DNA of 64,000 bases from a virus, in the IMG/VR virus record IMGVR_UViG_3300006893_000001; one strand, given 5' to 3'. A program made the translations under genes and the position numbers. The notes beneath the pieces were generated by a model. It was not told the DNA's origin. It ran no database searches and saw only the letters and a list, made by a program, of their open reading frames with translations. Below, one piece after another: positions 50,498 through 59,848 of this stretch (position 1 is the first letter of the stretch; the number at the start of each line of letters is the position of its first letter).

Positions 50498-51027
50498 GGA
50501 AGTTTTCCTGCGTCTGACGATTGAGTAATACTTGCTTGGTAGGCGAAGTTAGCAATGGCAAAAGATTGATGACTTACGAATGTGCCAAGCGGTGTATCAC
50601 CGTAGGCTTCAGCCAACTTAACTAATTTTTGGAGAACGTCTAATGCTGTCCAGAAATGTTTACGCGCACTAGGAATATCGTTGTATTCAGCGACGTACAC
50701 ATACGTCTGATTCCATTCACAAACATATTCGCCGATGTAAGCTGTACGCAATTGAACTTCGATAGCTCCGTCGGTAGCAGCAACGTAGTGCTTCGAGTTC
50801 ATGTCCGCACCGCGCTTAGCGTTTAATGCCGCGGCACAAGTAGCCCAATCGGAAGCAAATGCAGCATTTTTCGCTACATCTGTGTAATCCCATTTGTGGC
50901 GCCACACTGCAAGGATGTTTTTAACGCACCCAGTTGGGTGCGCATTTGGAAGAGCGTCAGCTTTAGAAATCGCTGGAGCGAGAAGCGCTATTACGAGCGC
51001 TATTGTTGTGACTATTTTAGAAAGCAT
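50494..51027 (-). CDS. secreted protein of unknown function (177 aa)
   Basis: Signal peptide ...ALLAPAISKA-D; ATGA-coupled to the protease gene. Confidence 0.6.
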   Translation of the reverse strand: MLSKIVTTIALVIALLAPAISKADALPNAHPTGCVKNILAVWRHKWDYTDVAKNAAFASDWATCAAALNAKRGADMNSKHYVAATDGAIEVQLRTAYIGEYVCEWNQTYVYVAEYNDIPSARKHFWTALDVLQKLVKLAEAYGDTPLGTFVSHQSFAIANFAYQASITQSSDAGKLP

Positions 51028-51041
51028 TTCTTCTCCAATCT

Positions 51042-51260
51042 CTAGGTCTCAGACTCTTCTCCGCGGAACGACGCTTTATGTTTCTGTAGCCAAGATTTCC
51101 AAGCCCCTACCATGTGTTTACCGGACTCTGGGTCAACCCCTTCGAAGTCCCAGATGAACTCATCGCCTTGGGTTAGCCCCTTAACGATGGCGATAGCTGT
51201 TCGTTCCAGTGTTCCCATCCTCTGGACCTCGGCCCATGTCGGATACGTAATAGCCGCCAT
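51042..51260 (-). CDS. tail assembly chaperone, -1 frame extension segment
   Basis: In the -1 frame relative to 51284..51793 with an open connection from the slippery site. Confidence 0.55.
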   Translation of the reverse strand: MAAITYPTWAEVQRMGTLERTAIAIVKGLTQGDEFIWDFEGVDPESGKHMVGAWKSWLQKHKASFRGEESET

Positions 51261-51283
51261 GGATGAGAACTCCGGGTCCTCGA

Positions 51284-51793
51284 CTAATTTTTTACGTCTT
51301 CAATCTGTCGGCGTTGGTAGGCAATAACGTCTTGAGCTACGACAGCTGGAAGCTCAGTCGGACTTGTGCCTGCCTTAAGAGCTTTCTCAACGGATTCCTG
51401 AATAACTTCAGCCAATCTCGGGTCAATAAACTTCTGGTAGTTATTCATAAAGTCGTCAAGGTACTTATCCTGACCAAACTTATCAAGGAAAGCGTCGAAC
51501 ACAAGACGATTATTGAGAACTAATGACGAACCATCGTACTTGCGAATGCTCAGCATCGCCGTCGCGATTTGAACAAGCTCAGTATCTTGAAGCTCTTCGA
51601 TACTAAGAATATTGCGAAGTTTGAGCTTCAGCACGCCTTGAGGACGACCAACTTCAATTATCTTGCCGTCGGCAAGCATATAGCGGAACGTGTCTGCAGT
51701 TGGAACTTTGCCTTCTTCTGGTTTGATTTCACCCGGAGTGGCGGGTGTTTTTGCTACTTTGACTTTGATTGGTTTACCGGTTTCTTCAGACAT
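51284..51793 (-). CDS. tail assembly chaperone (zero-frame product)
   Basis: Start trimmed to MSEETGK (AAGGA SD); lies between the tube and tape measure genes. Confidence 0.6.
   Translation of the reverse strand: MSEETGKPIKVKVAKTPATPGEIKPEEGKVPTADTFRYMLADGKIIEVGRPQGVLKLKLRNILSIEELQDTELVQIATAMLSIRKYDGSSLVLNNRLVFDAFLDKFGQDKYLDDFMNNYQKFIDPRLAEVIQESVEKALKAGTSPTELPAVVAQDVIAYQRRQIEDVKN
51287..51293 (-). other. programmed -1 frameshift slippery heptamer A_AAA_AAT
   Basis: GTA AAA AAT TAG at the end of the upstream ORF; the -1 frame reads AAA AAA TTA GTC ... TCC ATG GCG into 51260. Confidence 0.6.
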
Positions 51794-51840
51794 AGAGGAT
51801 TCCTTTTGACAGTAGTCAGTGGTGTCTATATATAATAACA

Positions 51841-51870
51841 CAAGGACTAGCACTTTCACACTAGTCCTTG
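51841..51870 (-). terminator. 10-bp perfect hairpin between the tube and chaperone genes (attenuator/terminator)
   Basis: CAAGGACTAG-N10-CTAGTCCTTG, followed on the minus strand by the U-rich TGTTATTATATATA. Confidence 0.55.
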
Positions 51871-51891
51871 TTTCTGTAGACGAATCTGCTG

Positions 51892-52377
51892 TTAAACTAC
51901 AATGCCAGGAATCACATTACCAGAGACCGTAGCATTGGACTGCAGACTAACTGCTTGGCGCTGCGGGAAGAAGAACTTGAATGTCTGCGGAACATCCTCT
52001 GCACCCTTCCATGAACCGAGGTCAGTTGGATACATGATGCCGTTGATGTACTGGTACTGATTGATGGTACCGTCGTAGTTACGAATTGTCTCAAGCATCG
52101 TTACGTTAAAGTCTGGAAAGCCTGCTTCGAAGTTATTCTCAAGGAACTGAGCAAGGTCATCACCAACGCTGTTTACACGAGCGTAGGTAAGGTCGACTTC
52201 GTATCCACCGAAGATAGGACGAGCTACAAAGATACCACCGTTATTGGTTGGGCGTACCTTGCTCTCTGTCCACTGTGGCTTAATTGAAGTGTCCGTGTGC
52301 AGACCAAACTGCGCAATGACAGCTCCGTTGACCGAGAATGAGACCGATAGGTCTCGGCCGATATTCTGCTTAGCCAT
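51892..52377 (-). CDS. tail tube protein
   Basis: 161 aa immediately downstream of the sheath gene. Confidence 0.75.
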   Translation of the reverse strand: MAKQNIGRDLSVSFSVNGAVIAQFGLHTDTSIKPQWTESKVRPTNNGGIFVARPIFGGYEVDLTYARVNSVGDDLAQFLENNFEAGFPDFNVTMLETIRNYDGTINQYQYINGIMYPTDLGSWKGAEDVPQTFKFFFPQRQAVSLQSNATVSGNVIPGIVV

Positions 52378-52396
52378 GTGTTACTGCACCTACTCC

Positions 52397-53977
52397 TTAG
52401 CGGGCTGGCTGCGCGCCGGTGTTAGTTACAACAGTCTGGCCAGCAGTCATATTGATTACGAACTTATCGATGACAGCCAAGTACTTGATAATGACAGTGC
52501 AAATCAAGAAGCCTGCGGCAATCGAGTTGGGTGGGTTGTTATTCAGGTCGCACTGGACACTGAAGTCGTCGATTTGACGATTGGCCAGCAATCCACCAAG
52601 GAAGCCGTTCATCGCAGCCGTTACCGACTCACGAGTTGGGTCATCTTGACGAGTTGACTGGTTCAAGTTGACAAACTGGCCCATAACTTCGCTTACGAAG
52701 GCTGAAGTCAAGAAGTTCGTCATGTTAGCATAAGTGATTTCACTTGTTGCTGGATTTGTAGATGTGCTCTTGCCGTGACGCAATCCGAAGGCACGAGCGC
52801 CCGGAATCGGAATCGCAATCAAGTTAATACCAGCCTGCTCAAGCGCTGACAAGTCATCGAATGAGTACGGCTGTGGCGCTGTTCCAAGAGTCGCTTCAGT
52901 TCCAACAAGTGCATAAGCCTGGTTGTTGCCGGGTGACTGGTGCGCCGCAAGACGGCACATAATACCAGCTGCGACTGACGCCGGTGGAACCTGGACGTTC
53001 CCACCGACGAACGAGTCGAAGTAGGTCACGTAATCCTTGAGCAGTACTGCCCAAGGACTGTTGAGACCAGCCGCGAGAATCGCTGAAACCGCCGTAGCAA
53101 CTCCAGTTCCCTCCGGCAAACTGCAAAATGCGATAGACTTCTCAGACTGAGCTAGAGCTTGGAGAGTTGTCCAAACCGTGCTATCTGAGTTACCACATAG
53201 CCACATAGCATTGACGCCTGTTTCACGAAGCGCATACGCACCTGTTCGTGCACCGGCTCCGCCATCAACACCAATGAGGTCCGCTGATGTGATGCCCGTA
53301 GCACCATCAAGTCCGCCAGTCAATGTAATTGTTTGACCCACTGTTGGAGCTTCAAGAGCTGAAGCTGCAATTGCTGCGGTTACGTACTGAGACGGTTGAG
53401 TATATCCAGCCTGACCATTGTTAATGGCGTCAGCAATATTCTGCCACAACGCGCCTGAACCAGCACCGTCTGAGATGCGGTCATAAACTTCTGGAAGATT
53501 CGGAACGCCTGGTTGAATAACAACCTTCCAAGTCTTTGTGCCGGTCTGATAGTTTGAACCTTTACCAAGGAAAACCTGAATTGTGTTACCGTACGAACCG
53601 GTGTACTTACCTGTGAGCGTCAAACCTGTTGCGGGCGCTGTGTCGAGCAGTGTTCCTGACGCAGCAGCGTCAGTCGTTGCGTGTACAACACGAACAGCTT
53701 TTACGCCACCGCGAGGGAGTTGCTTAAGGAATAGTGAACCCTCTTGAACGAGGTCAAATCCTGAATTGATTGGAGTACCAAAGTTCTGCATTAACTCTTG
53801 TGGAGTGCCGCAAGTTACTGGAGTATTTTTCGGACCCCAACCTGCTCCGCCGGCCAAACCACCTTGATTTGTGTTTCCGCCACCGACAAGAACTGGCTGA
53901 GGCGGATTGACTACGACATATACGTCGTCAACGCCGAAAGCGTTCTGCGAGAGCTGACCATAGATTAGCTGGCCCAT
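52397..53977 (-). CDS. contractile tail sheath protein
   Basis: 526 aa; VPPASVAAGIMCRLAAHQSPGNNQAY...LEQAGINLIAIPIPGARAFGLRHGKST matches the sheath C-terminal pattern. Confidence 0.85.
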   Translation of the reverse strand: MGQLIYGQLSQNAFGVDDVYVVVNPPQPVLVGGGNTNQGGLAGGAGWGPKNTPVTCGTPQELMQNFGTPINSGFDLVQEGSLFLKQLPRGGVKAVRVVHATTDAAASGTLLDTAPATGLTLTGKYTGSYGNTIQVFLGKGSNYQTGTKTWKVVIQPGVPNLPEVYDRISDGAGSGALWQNIADAINNGQAGYTQPSQYVTAAIAASALEAPTVGQTITLTGGLDGATGITSADLIGVDGGAGARTGAYALRETGVNAMWLCGNSDSTVWTTLQALAQSEKSIAFCSLPEGTGVATAVSAILAAGLNSPWAVLLKDYVTYFDSFVGGNVQVPPASVAAGIMCRLAAHQSPGNNQAYALVGTEATLGTAPQPYSFDDLSALEQAGINLIAIPIPGARAFGLRHGKSTSTNPATSEITYANMTNFLTSAFVSEVMGQFVNLNQSTRQDDPTRESVTAAMNGFLGGLLANRQIDDFSVQCDLNNNPPNSIAAGFLICTVIIKYLAVIDKFVINMTAGQTVVTNTGAQPAR

Positions 53978-54061
53978 GCTTGTTTTATCCTGTCCTTATC
54001 GAGCTAGTAATACCCGATACTTAACCTTCAGAATCTACTTTCCTACGTTACTGCCAGGCTA

Positions 54062-54997
54062 TTACGAGCCGGAGCCAGGTGGAATTGGTGCAAGTAGAGG
54101 AATAATGTCGAGCGAAGCCGAAGCAGATTCGACTTGAGTCTCGCCATACGATTGAGTAACCACAAAATCAACCTGGTAAATCATCTGACGTACGTAAATG
54201 GTGTCTCTTTCCTCCATATCCAGGTCGTTAATTCCTTGATAACGAAAGAGAGAAACGGTGCCGTCTATTTCAGTCTGACGAAATGCATCAGACATAAACT
54301 GACGAATGACGTCGGCCAAATGTTCTCTGTCAGGACGTGTTGGCGCCCACACTTCGATGAACACATCCTTAAGCGAACGACCTACTGCGTAATACACGGT
54401 ATATTGCTGCGGAAGCGGCGGACTTCCCGTTGCGACAAATGGAGCCGCTTGCGTCCAGTCAGTCCCAATAGTGATGTATCCAGACTGAGGATAAAACGGT
54501 CCAATTGGTGACAACGACGCGTATACCTTGTACTTTGTCTGCCCAGCCAACGGCGGTGGAGACGTAACCTTCAAGAAATGGTTAACATCAATCACGATTT
54601 GAGTCTCAGGTCCTGCACCAGTTTCAATCGTTCCGTTGTAATACACAATCACGACGTAATACGTCAGTGCGGGATTCGTTCCACCAGATACTGGTTGACA
54701 CGTAGGTGACGGCGGAATTGGTCCAAGTGGAACTGTAAGCTCCGCAACGTCGCGATTGATGTAGGGGTAAAGCTTTTCAGTCTTTGAACTATAGAACGCT
54801 ACTTGTGCAAGGTGGTTCTCCAAGCGCGTAGTTACGTGATACTGTATTGGATGGCCTACGCCAAATATAGTCGATAGAATCGTTCCGGCTCTTGGGTCGT
54901 TATTGATAAAATTAGGCGGAACGTTAGGTTGATATGGTACACAACCAACTGTAACGTTATGTTTCAGATTATCCAATACCTGGTCAATCGACGGCAT
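54062..54997 (-). CDS. virion structural/neck protein (311 aa)
   Basis: Position upstream of the sheath gene; no motif recognised. Confidence 0.55.
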   Translation of the reverse strand: MPSIDQVLDNLKHNVTVGCVPYQPNVPPNFINNDPRAGTILSTIFGVGHPIQYHVTTRLENHLAQVAFYSSKTEKLYPYINRDVAELTVPLGPIPPSPTCQPVSGGTNPALTYYVVIVYYNGTIETGAGPETQIVIDVNHFLKVTSPPPLAGQTKYKVYASLSPIGPFYPQSGYITIGTDWTQAAPFVATGSPPLPQQYTVYYAVGRSLKDVFIEVWAPTRPDREHLADVIRQFMSDAFRQTEIDGTVSLFRYQGINDLDMEERDTIYVRQMIYQVDFVVTQSYGETQVESASASLDIIPLLAPIPPGSGS

Positions 54998-55346
54998 TCA
55001 ACGCCTCATAAATGGCATGATATAGTTGCATACTTGAAAACGGTTTCACAAGACAGTGAAATTCGCCACTGCGCCCTGAAGCTCTTTGGGCCATGGACGT
55101 CACAAGTAGCACCTTGCATAGATTCTCTTCCCGACACACTCTAGCTACTTCAAGCCCAGTCATCAAAATCATCTGTACGTCGAGTAGAGCAATATCAGGC
55201 TTATGCTCACGAATAGCAGACATAGCCCGTTCGCCGTTCTCACAAATAGCCAGCACCTCTGCACCTCCAGGCATATGTTGAAGTGGACCGAGCATTCGGC
55301 CTTGCATAACCTTATTGTCGTCAGCTACGATAATTCTTAGTGACAT
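54984..55346 (-). CDS. stand-alone CheY-like response-regulator receiver (REC) domain
   Basis: Start trimmed to MSLRIIVADDN; acidic pair DD, phospho-acceptor in DIALLDVQM, LLVTS, LVKPF. Confidence 0.75.
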   Translation of the reverse strand: MSLRIIVADDNKVMQGRMLGPLQHMPGGAEVLAICENGERAMSAIREHKPDIALLDVQMILMTGLEVARVCREENLCKVLLVTSMAQRASGRSGEFHCLVKPFSSMQLYHAIYEALNAVD

Positions 55347-55653
55347 CTTCCACCACAAATGAGACTTTCGCGTCATATTGACGGTCGAGTGCCTCTATTT
55401 TCTTCTGTAACTCAATCATAACATCACTGTCTGGGTCCGATTGCTTGTCAATCCAGTTCTGACTTACGGCTAAAGGACGAATAGCTTCAGTAACCATTGC
55501 GATTTTATCTGCAATTTGTTTGTGCGCCTCAGCTTCAAACTTAAGCACACATTCTTCTCGCGCCGCCTGTAATATCTTCATGCGCTTATCAATCTCGTGC
55601 GCAAGTTTTTCAGTACGAAGAATGTAGTCACTAAGCGACTCACCTTTAGGCAT
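55321..55653 (-). CDS. coiled-coil hypothetical protein (110 aa)
   Basis: ORF track; overlaps the REC start by 26 nt. Confidence 0.5.
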   Translation of the reverse strand: MPKGESLSDYILRTEKLAHEIDKRMKILQAAREECVLKFEAEAHKQIADKIAMVTEAIRPLAVSQNWIDKQSDPDSDVMIELQKKIEALDRQYDAKVSFVVEDVTKNYRS

Positions 55654-55654
55654 A

Positions 55655-56410
55655 TTAGATGAACACTGAGTGCATTGTTAACTGCCAGCCTTGAAGACCA
55701 GTAGTGAAGACATGCGCAATCTGAATTTGATAACGATTGCCGACTGCATCTGCGACCATATCGCCTGGTTGAATCTGAAGACCAGGAAGAAGCGGACACC
55801 ATCCGTAATAAACACCACGAGGCGTAGACGTAGGATACTTAATTTCTTGACCAGGACCCATGCGAATATGAGGCTGAAGGCCCATCGGAATAACGGCAGG
55901 TGAACCAGTTCCCTGCATATCGTAGAAACCGTTAGTAAGAACGGAAATCCATTCGGTAAACTTTGTTTGACCTTGATAGTCGACTTCACCCTGAAGTGGT
56001 TGGTCCACGATACTATCGTCGTTTGGACGAGTAAGAGCACCTAATACTTCACAACGAGCGAATATAGGAGCGCGCATTGACGTCACATCCACGAGACAGA
56101 AAATACGTCCATCTGGCGTGTCCGTAAGACTTGGCCCAACTTCAACGAGCATATCGCCCATCTTCAATTGACGTGTATCCACCATCGCAGTATACCACTG
56201 ATTATACAATTCAGTTTGTTCGAGTAATGTCTTAGGCGGCATGAAAGAAAAACGGGCGTTGAAGCTAGAAATGACTTTGTTCGAAGTTTGAATGATACTT
56301 CCAGTAGAAGCGTTGTTTAGACGATAGACATCATATTGGTTACCAATAACTTTGGCACCCAATCCCAATCCACGTCGCAGCGCGTTGTCAATACGAGCAA
56401 TCTGCGACAT
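55655..56410 (-). CDS. head-tail joining region protein (251 aa)
   Basis: Position only. Confidence 0.55.
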   Translation of the reverse strand: MSQIARIDNALRRGLGLGAKVIGNQYDVYRLNNASTGSIIQTSNKVISSFNARFSFMPPKTLLEQTELYNQWYTAMVDTRQLKMGDMLVEVGPSLTDTPDGRIFCLVDVTSMRAPIFARCEVLGALTRPNDDSIVDQPLQGEVDYQGQTKFTEWISVLTNGFYDMQGTGSPAVIPMGLQPHIRMGPGQEIKYPTSTPRGVYYGWCPLLPGLQIQPGDMVADAVGNRYQIQIAHVFTTGLQGWQLTMHSVFI

Positions 56411-56412
56411 AA

Positions 56413-57210
56413 TTACACCTGAATGCCGAAGCTACCGATACCGCTTCCTGAGTAAGGAGGTGGATAATACGACAACATCACACCAAGTTGATAAACATAG
56501 GACTTATACAACGCCTGACGAACTTGAAGTTCATCTGGACGGAACGTAGCACGACCTGTTGCAGTTGAACCAACATCAGAGAACGACAAGTTTGGACTTG
56601 CATTAACGACCTGCTGTTCGAGCGCATCACAAATCGGCAAGATGCCGTGAGCGAGGATTATTGCATTCGGATTACTGTCATCGATTACAAACGTTGGCGG
56701 CGGATAAACTTGACCATTAGCTTCTACGATAGTTGAAGCTGTGCCACTCGTTGCAAGCGTAAATGTTACGTTGTAAGCAATCGTAACTTGCGCAGGTGTT
56801 GGTTGAGCGGCGAACGCTAGATTCAGGTCACTTCCAGTATATAGACCCGTTGACGCTGTCGGACCAAGCGTTGCGTTGTTAATCATAAGTGCAACATTGG
56901 CCGCGATAACTTGTGATGGAATCTTAGACGCCATATCTTGAGGCGTAATTATATACGTCAGCGGAGTTGAATTGATTGTAACAATGACTGTCTGACCGGC
57001 GACATACGGACCAATAAGCAATATTGTCCCATACGGCTTACCAAGAAGAATTGCTTCTTCCTCCGCCTGCAGTAGGTTCATGTACAGCTCGAGTTGACCA
57101 GCCTTAGTAATGGCACGAATACCTTGCGTCTGACCACTAAATGGACTACCAGCAAATGGTAGACGAAGGTGACGACGGATGTTGGCCTTAGTCAGATACG
57201 ATAGCGCCAC
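56413..57210 (-). CDS. head-tail joining region protein (265 aa)
   Basis: Position only. Confidence 0.55.
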   Translation of the reverse strand: MALSYLTKANIRRHLRLPFAGSPFSGQTQGIRAITKAGQLELYMNLLQAEEEAILLGKPYGTILLIGPYVAGQTVIVTINSTPLTYIITPQDMASKIPSQVIAANVALMINNATLGPTASTGLYTGSDLNLAFAAQPTPAQVTIAYNVTFTLATSGTASTIVEANGQVYPPPTFVIDDSNPNAIILAHGILPICDALEQQVVNASPNLSFSDVGSTATGRATFRPDELQVRQALYKSYVYQLGVMLSYYPPPYSGSGIGSFGIQV

Positions 57211-57226
57211 AGCGGATTACCTCCGC

Positions 57227-57514
57227 TTAAGCGATGGCTCGGAGCTTACTGTCCAATCCCAGTCGCTTGATTTTCTCTATGACAAATGGGTCTCGAATAA
57301 TCGTACCAGCGTCATACTTCAGATTAGTCCCACCTGATGGGAATCGAAGAGTTGCCAACACGACATACTGCGTTGGATTCTCGATAGCAGGAGCATTCTG
57401 AGCTTCAGCCAAAGTTACCTTCTGACCACGGTTCGCGTAGTCACGTAGTTGCTTCTGCTCAAGTAAACGCTTAACAATATCTGGGTCGGAACCCAAAGCA
57501 CCTTTCTTAGCCAT
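57227..57514 (-). CDS. hypothetical protein (95 aa)
   Basis: ORF track; TAATG coupling. Confidence 0.55.
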   Translation of the reverse strand: MAKKGALGSDPDIVKRLLEQKQLRDYANRGQKVTLAEAQNAPAIENPTQYVVLATLRFPSGGTNLKYDAGTIIRDPFVIEKIKRLGLDSKLRAIA

Positions 57515-58119
57515 TAAGATACGAGTCCTTTCGCGAGCAAGTCTGCTCGCACGGTTTGAGGAACGACCTTAGGCATTCCCTTATAGAATGCCTGTGGTTG
57601 TCCGCCAGGCATCAAATAGGAGAATGACTTAAGTGGCGTTACTTTACCACTTGAGGTGTCTGTTGCTGACGGTGTTTCACCGCTTGTAGCAAGTGGTGTC
57701 GCAATATCTTGCGTCCAATTTGTACCAATGGGGACGTTCTCAGCCTGAATGTAATATGGTCCACCAGAGACAGCACCTGAATAGACGTCGTACGCAACAG
57801 CTAGATGATTTGCATCTGGGGCTGGAGAGTCGACTTCAAGGACATGAGCGTCAGCTATAACCTGATGAGTTTCTAGCGCTGACTGCAACGACTCACCACC
57901 CTCCGCATCTGCGTAAGTAATTACGACGTATGCATCTGGCTGGCCTGCCATTATGCCACCAACTACTGAGTGGGTTACAGCATTAGGTGCCACACCAATT
58001 GGACCTGGAACTAAACTTGTGTTGACGTCAAGAGCACCACCAGCACCCAAGAACACCTTTGCGATGTAATGGAAAGCACGGGCGGGCATACCTGGACGAA
58101 CGTTTGCATCTGCTTGCAT
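57514..58119 (-). CDS. possible head decoration/accessory protein (201 aa)
   Basis: First gene after the capsid terminator; GGAAGAGGAG SD. Confidence 0.5.
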   Translation of the reverse strand: MQADANVRPGMPARAFHYIAKVFLGAGGALDVNTSLVPGPIGVAPNAVTHSVVGGIMAGQPDAYVVITYADAEGGESLQSALETHQVIADAHVLEVDSPAPDANHLAVAYDVYSGAVSGGPYYIQAENVPIGTNWTQDIATPLATSGETPSATDTSSGKVTPLKSFSYLMPGGQPQAFYKGMPKVVPQTVRADLLAKGLVS

Positions 58120-58156
58120 GGGACTCCTCTTCCGCTTAACGCGGCTCCTTATTCTT

Positions 58157-58192
58157 AAAAGGGCTCCATCCGTTGTTGCGGTTGGAGCCCTT
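58157..58192 (-). terminator. intrinsic terminator after the major capsid gene
   Basis: Minus strand reads GGGCTCCA-N14-TGGAGCCC then TTTT. Confidence 0.7.
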
Positions 58193-58221
58193 CACGGTGA
58201 TTTCGCTACGTTGCGTTAGCC

Positions 58222-59679
58222 TTAGTCGGCTGTTGCAACCTCAACCACAACCGCTGACTTGTATCGCGAAGCCGTAGCTGACGGGATAACAGTCTTGTTG
58301 ATTGTAGCGTTGGTTGGAACCACGAATCCGCCGATGTACCACCACATCTGGGACAGAATCTGTCCAGCGCGGTCAATCGGTAGACGAGTGACAAAGGCGA
58401 TGCGCTCAACGAGACGGATATCGCTTACGCCCATATCCGGCATGTTAGAGATGGCATCATCAACACCAGCGAACGGAGATTCTTGCAGCCACGCTGTGCC
58501 GCACACGATAGCACGGCGAGTCGCAGCAACCTGAAGTCCCGAATTTGTGTTGTCGGCGCTTGAGTACACCGGCGCGTTCGTTGTTGGGACGAATGTTACG
58601 CCGAAGTTCTGTGACACGCGGGCACCCTTGAAGTCAGGAGACTCCATCTGGCCTTGTGACATAATCTGGTACTGAGCATCTGTGAAGAACTGAGCATCGA
58701 CAATCGGGTCGATGTAGCATGGATACGTTCCGTTCGAAAGCGGAGGCTTAATTCCGTTACGACGAAGCTGAGCTACAGCGTCGATGATGAGCTGCGCACC
58801 GATTGTGTCGGTAGCAGCCAACTCGTAGCGGTTCAACTTACCGTTAGGACGGAGAACCTGCTGCGCGTCGAACGCCTGAATTGTGTCGCCAACAACAAGC
58901 GCATCGGCCAAGTCAGACGCAAGTGTCAACTTACCAGACCAACCAGTGTTCAAACCAGAAGCCTGCATAGAAGACGCGTTGCCTGATGTTGGATACGTTC
59001 CGTCGTAAACTACGCCGGTAACGTTCTTTGTCTCAACGATACCTGTCAAGTGGGTAACCTTAACAGCCAGCGTATACGTTGCCGATGTTGCCTGTGGAAG
59101 GCCAGTCGAGAATACGTTGCCGTTAATTGTGACCTGTTGGAACGCCTTGTCGAATCCAAGAACGTTGTCAACGTGGCAGTTAGCCGCAGAGCCAACAGCA
59201 GCATACGATTCGTCAACAAAGGTGCTTCCACCTTCATAGGCTTGGAAGCCAAGACGAGCGGCACGAAGGTCGAGAGACAGAGCAGCCTGCTCAGCAAGAT
59301 TGTCAACGTTCTCCTTGAAGAGAGAAGCGATAATCTGTTCGTCCTGAATCAGGTTCAAGTCAATTTCTTGACCCTGAAGCATTCCGATGCCAACCGCGAA
59401 CTGTTCCATTGGGAAAGCTGGATACGCAGAACCGACGCCGGCAGGAGTTCCTGCGTTCAACGGTCCTGTCTGCGATGCTGGCGCAATATCTTCCAGAACA
59501 GGAGAGATACGACCTGCACGAGAGTAAATCATCGTTTCGCCTGAACGCTTCTCGAGCGGCAGGACATACGCTGACTTACGATAAACGTTATTTGCGCCAA
59601 GCTTCAACAGCCAACGCTTGTCCAACATGTTCTGTTGGAAAGCTGGCTGAAGGACGGCGGGAAAGTTTTCAAAGCCCAT
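58222..59679 (-). CDS. major capsid protein
   Basis: Follows the ClpP-like protease; long 5' UTR and own terminator; PLEKRSGETMIYSR resembles the N4-gp56/HK97-fold N-terminal region. Confidence 0.65.
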   Translation of the reverse strand: MGFENFPAVLQPAFQQNMLDKRWLLKLGANNVYRKSAYVLPLEKRSGETMIYSRAGRISPVLEDIAPASQTGPLNAGTPAGVGSAYPAFPMEQFAVGIGMLQGQEIDLNLIQDEQIIASLFKENVDNLAEQAALSLDLRAARLGFQAYEGGSTFVDESYAAVGSAANCHVDNVLGFDKAFQQVTINGNVFSTGLPQATSATYTLAVKVTHLTGIVETKNVTGVVYDGTYPTSGNASSMQASGLNTGWSGKLTLASDLADALVVGDTIQAFDAQQVLRPNGKLNRYELAATDTIGAQLIIDAVAQLRRNGIKPPLSNGTYPCYIDPIVDAQFFTDAQYQIMSQGQMESPDFKGARVSQNFGVTFVPTTNAPVYSSADNTNSGLQVAATRRAIVCGTAWLQESPFAGVDDAISNMPDMGVSDIRLVERIAFVTRLPIDRAGQILSQMWWYIGGFVVPTNATINKTVIPSATASRYKSAVVVEVATAD

Positions 59680-59722
59680 AGTGAATGCTACATTCCTCTT
59701 GATTAGAGTTGGTTTGTAGGCT

Positions 59723-59770
59723 TCACTGGCTCAACCAGGGTATCAGCCGGACATTCTCACCGGCTCAACC
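59723..59770. repeat. duplicated 14-nt element TCAC(T/C)GGCTCAACC in the capsid 5' UTR
   Basis: Copies at 59723 and 59757; on the mRNA each forms C(C/T)GG-TTGAG-CC(G/A)G. Confidence 0.7.
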
Positions 59771-59848
59771 GGAGTGTCGCAATGCCGCGAGTAAATCGCT
59801 GTGCCTATCGATTTAGCTAGGAACCCTCTCTTTCCTCTACAGCTTCTT

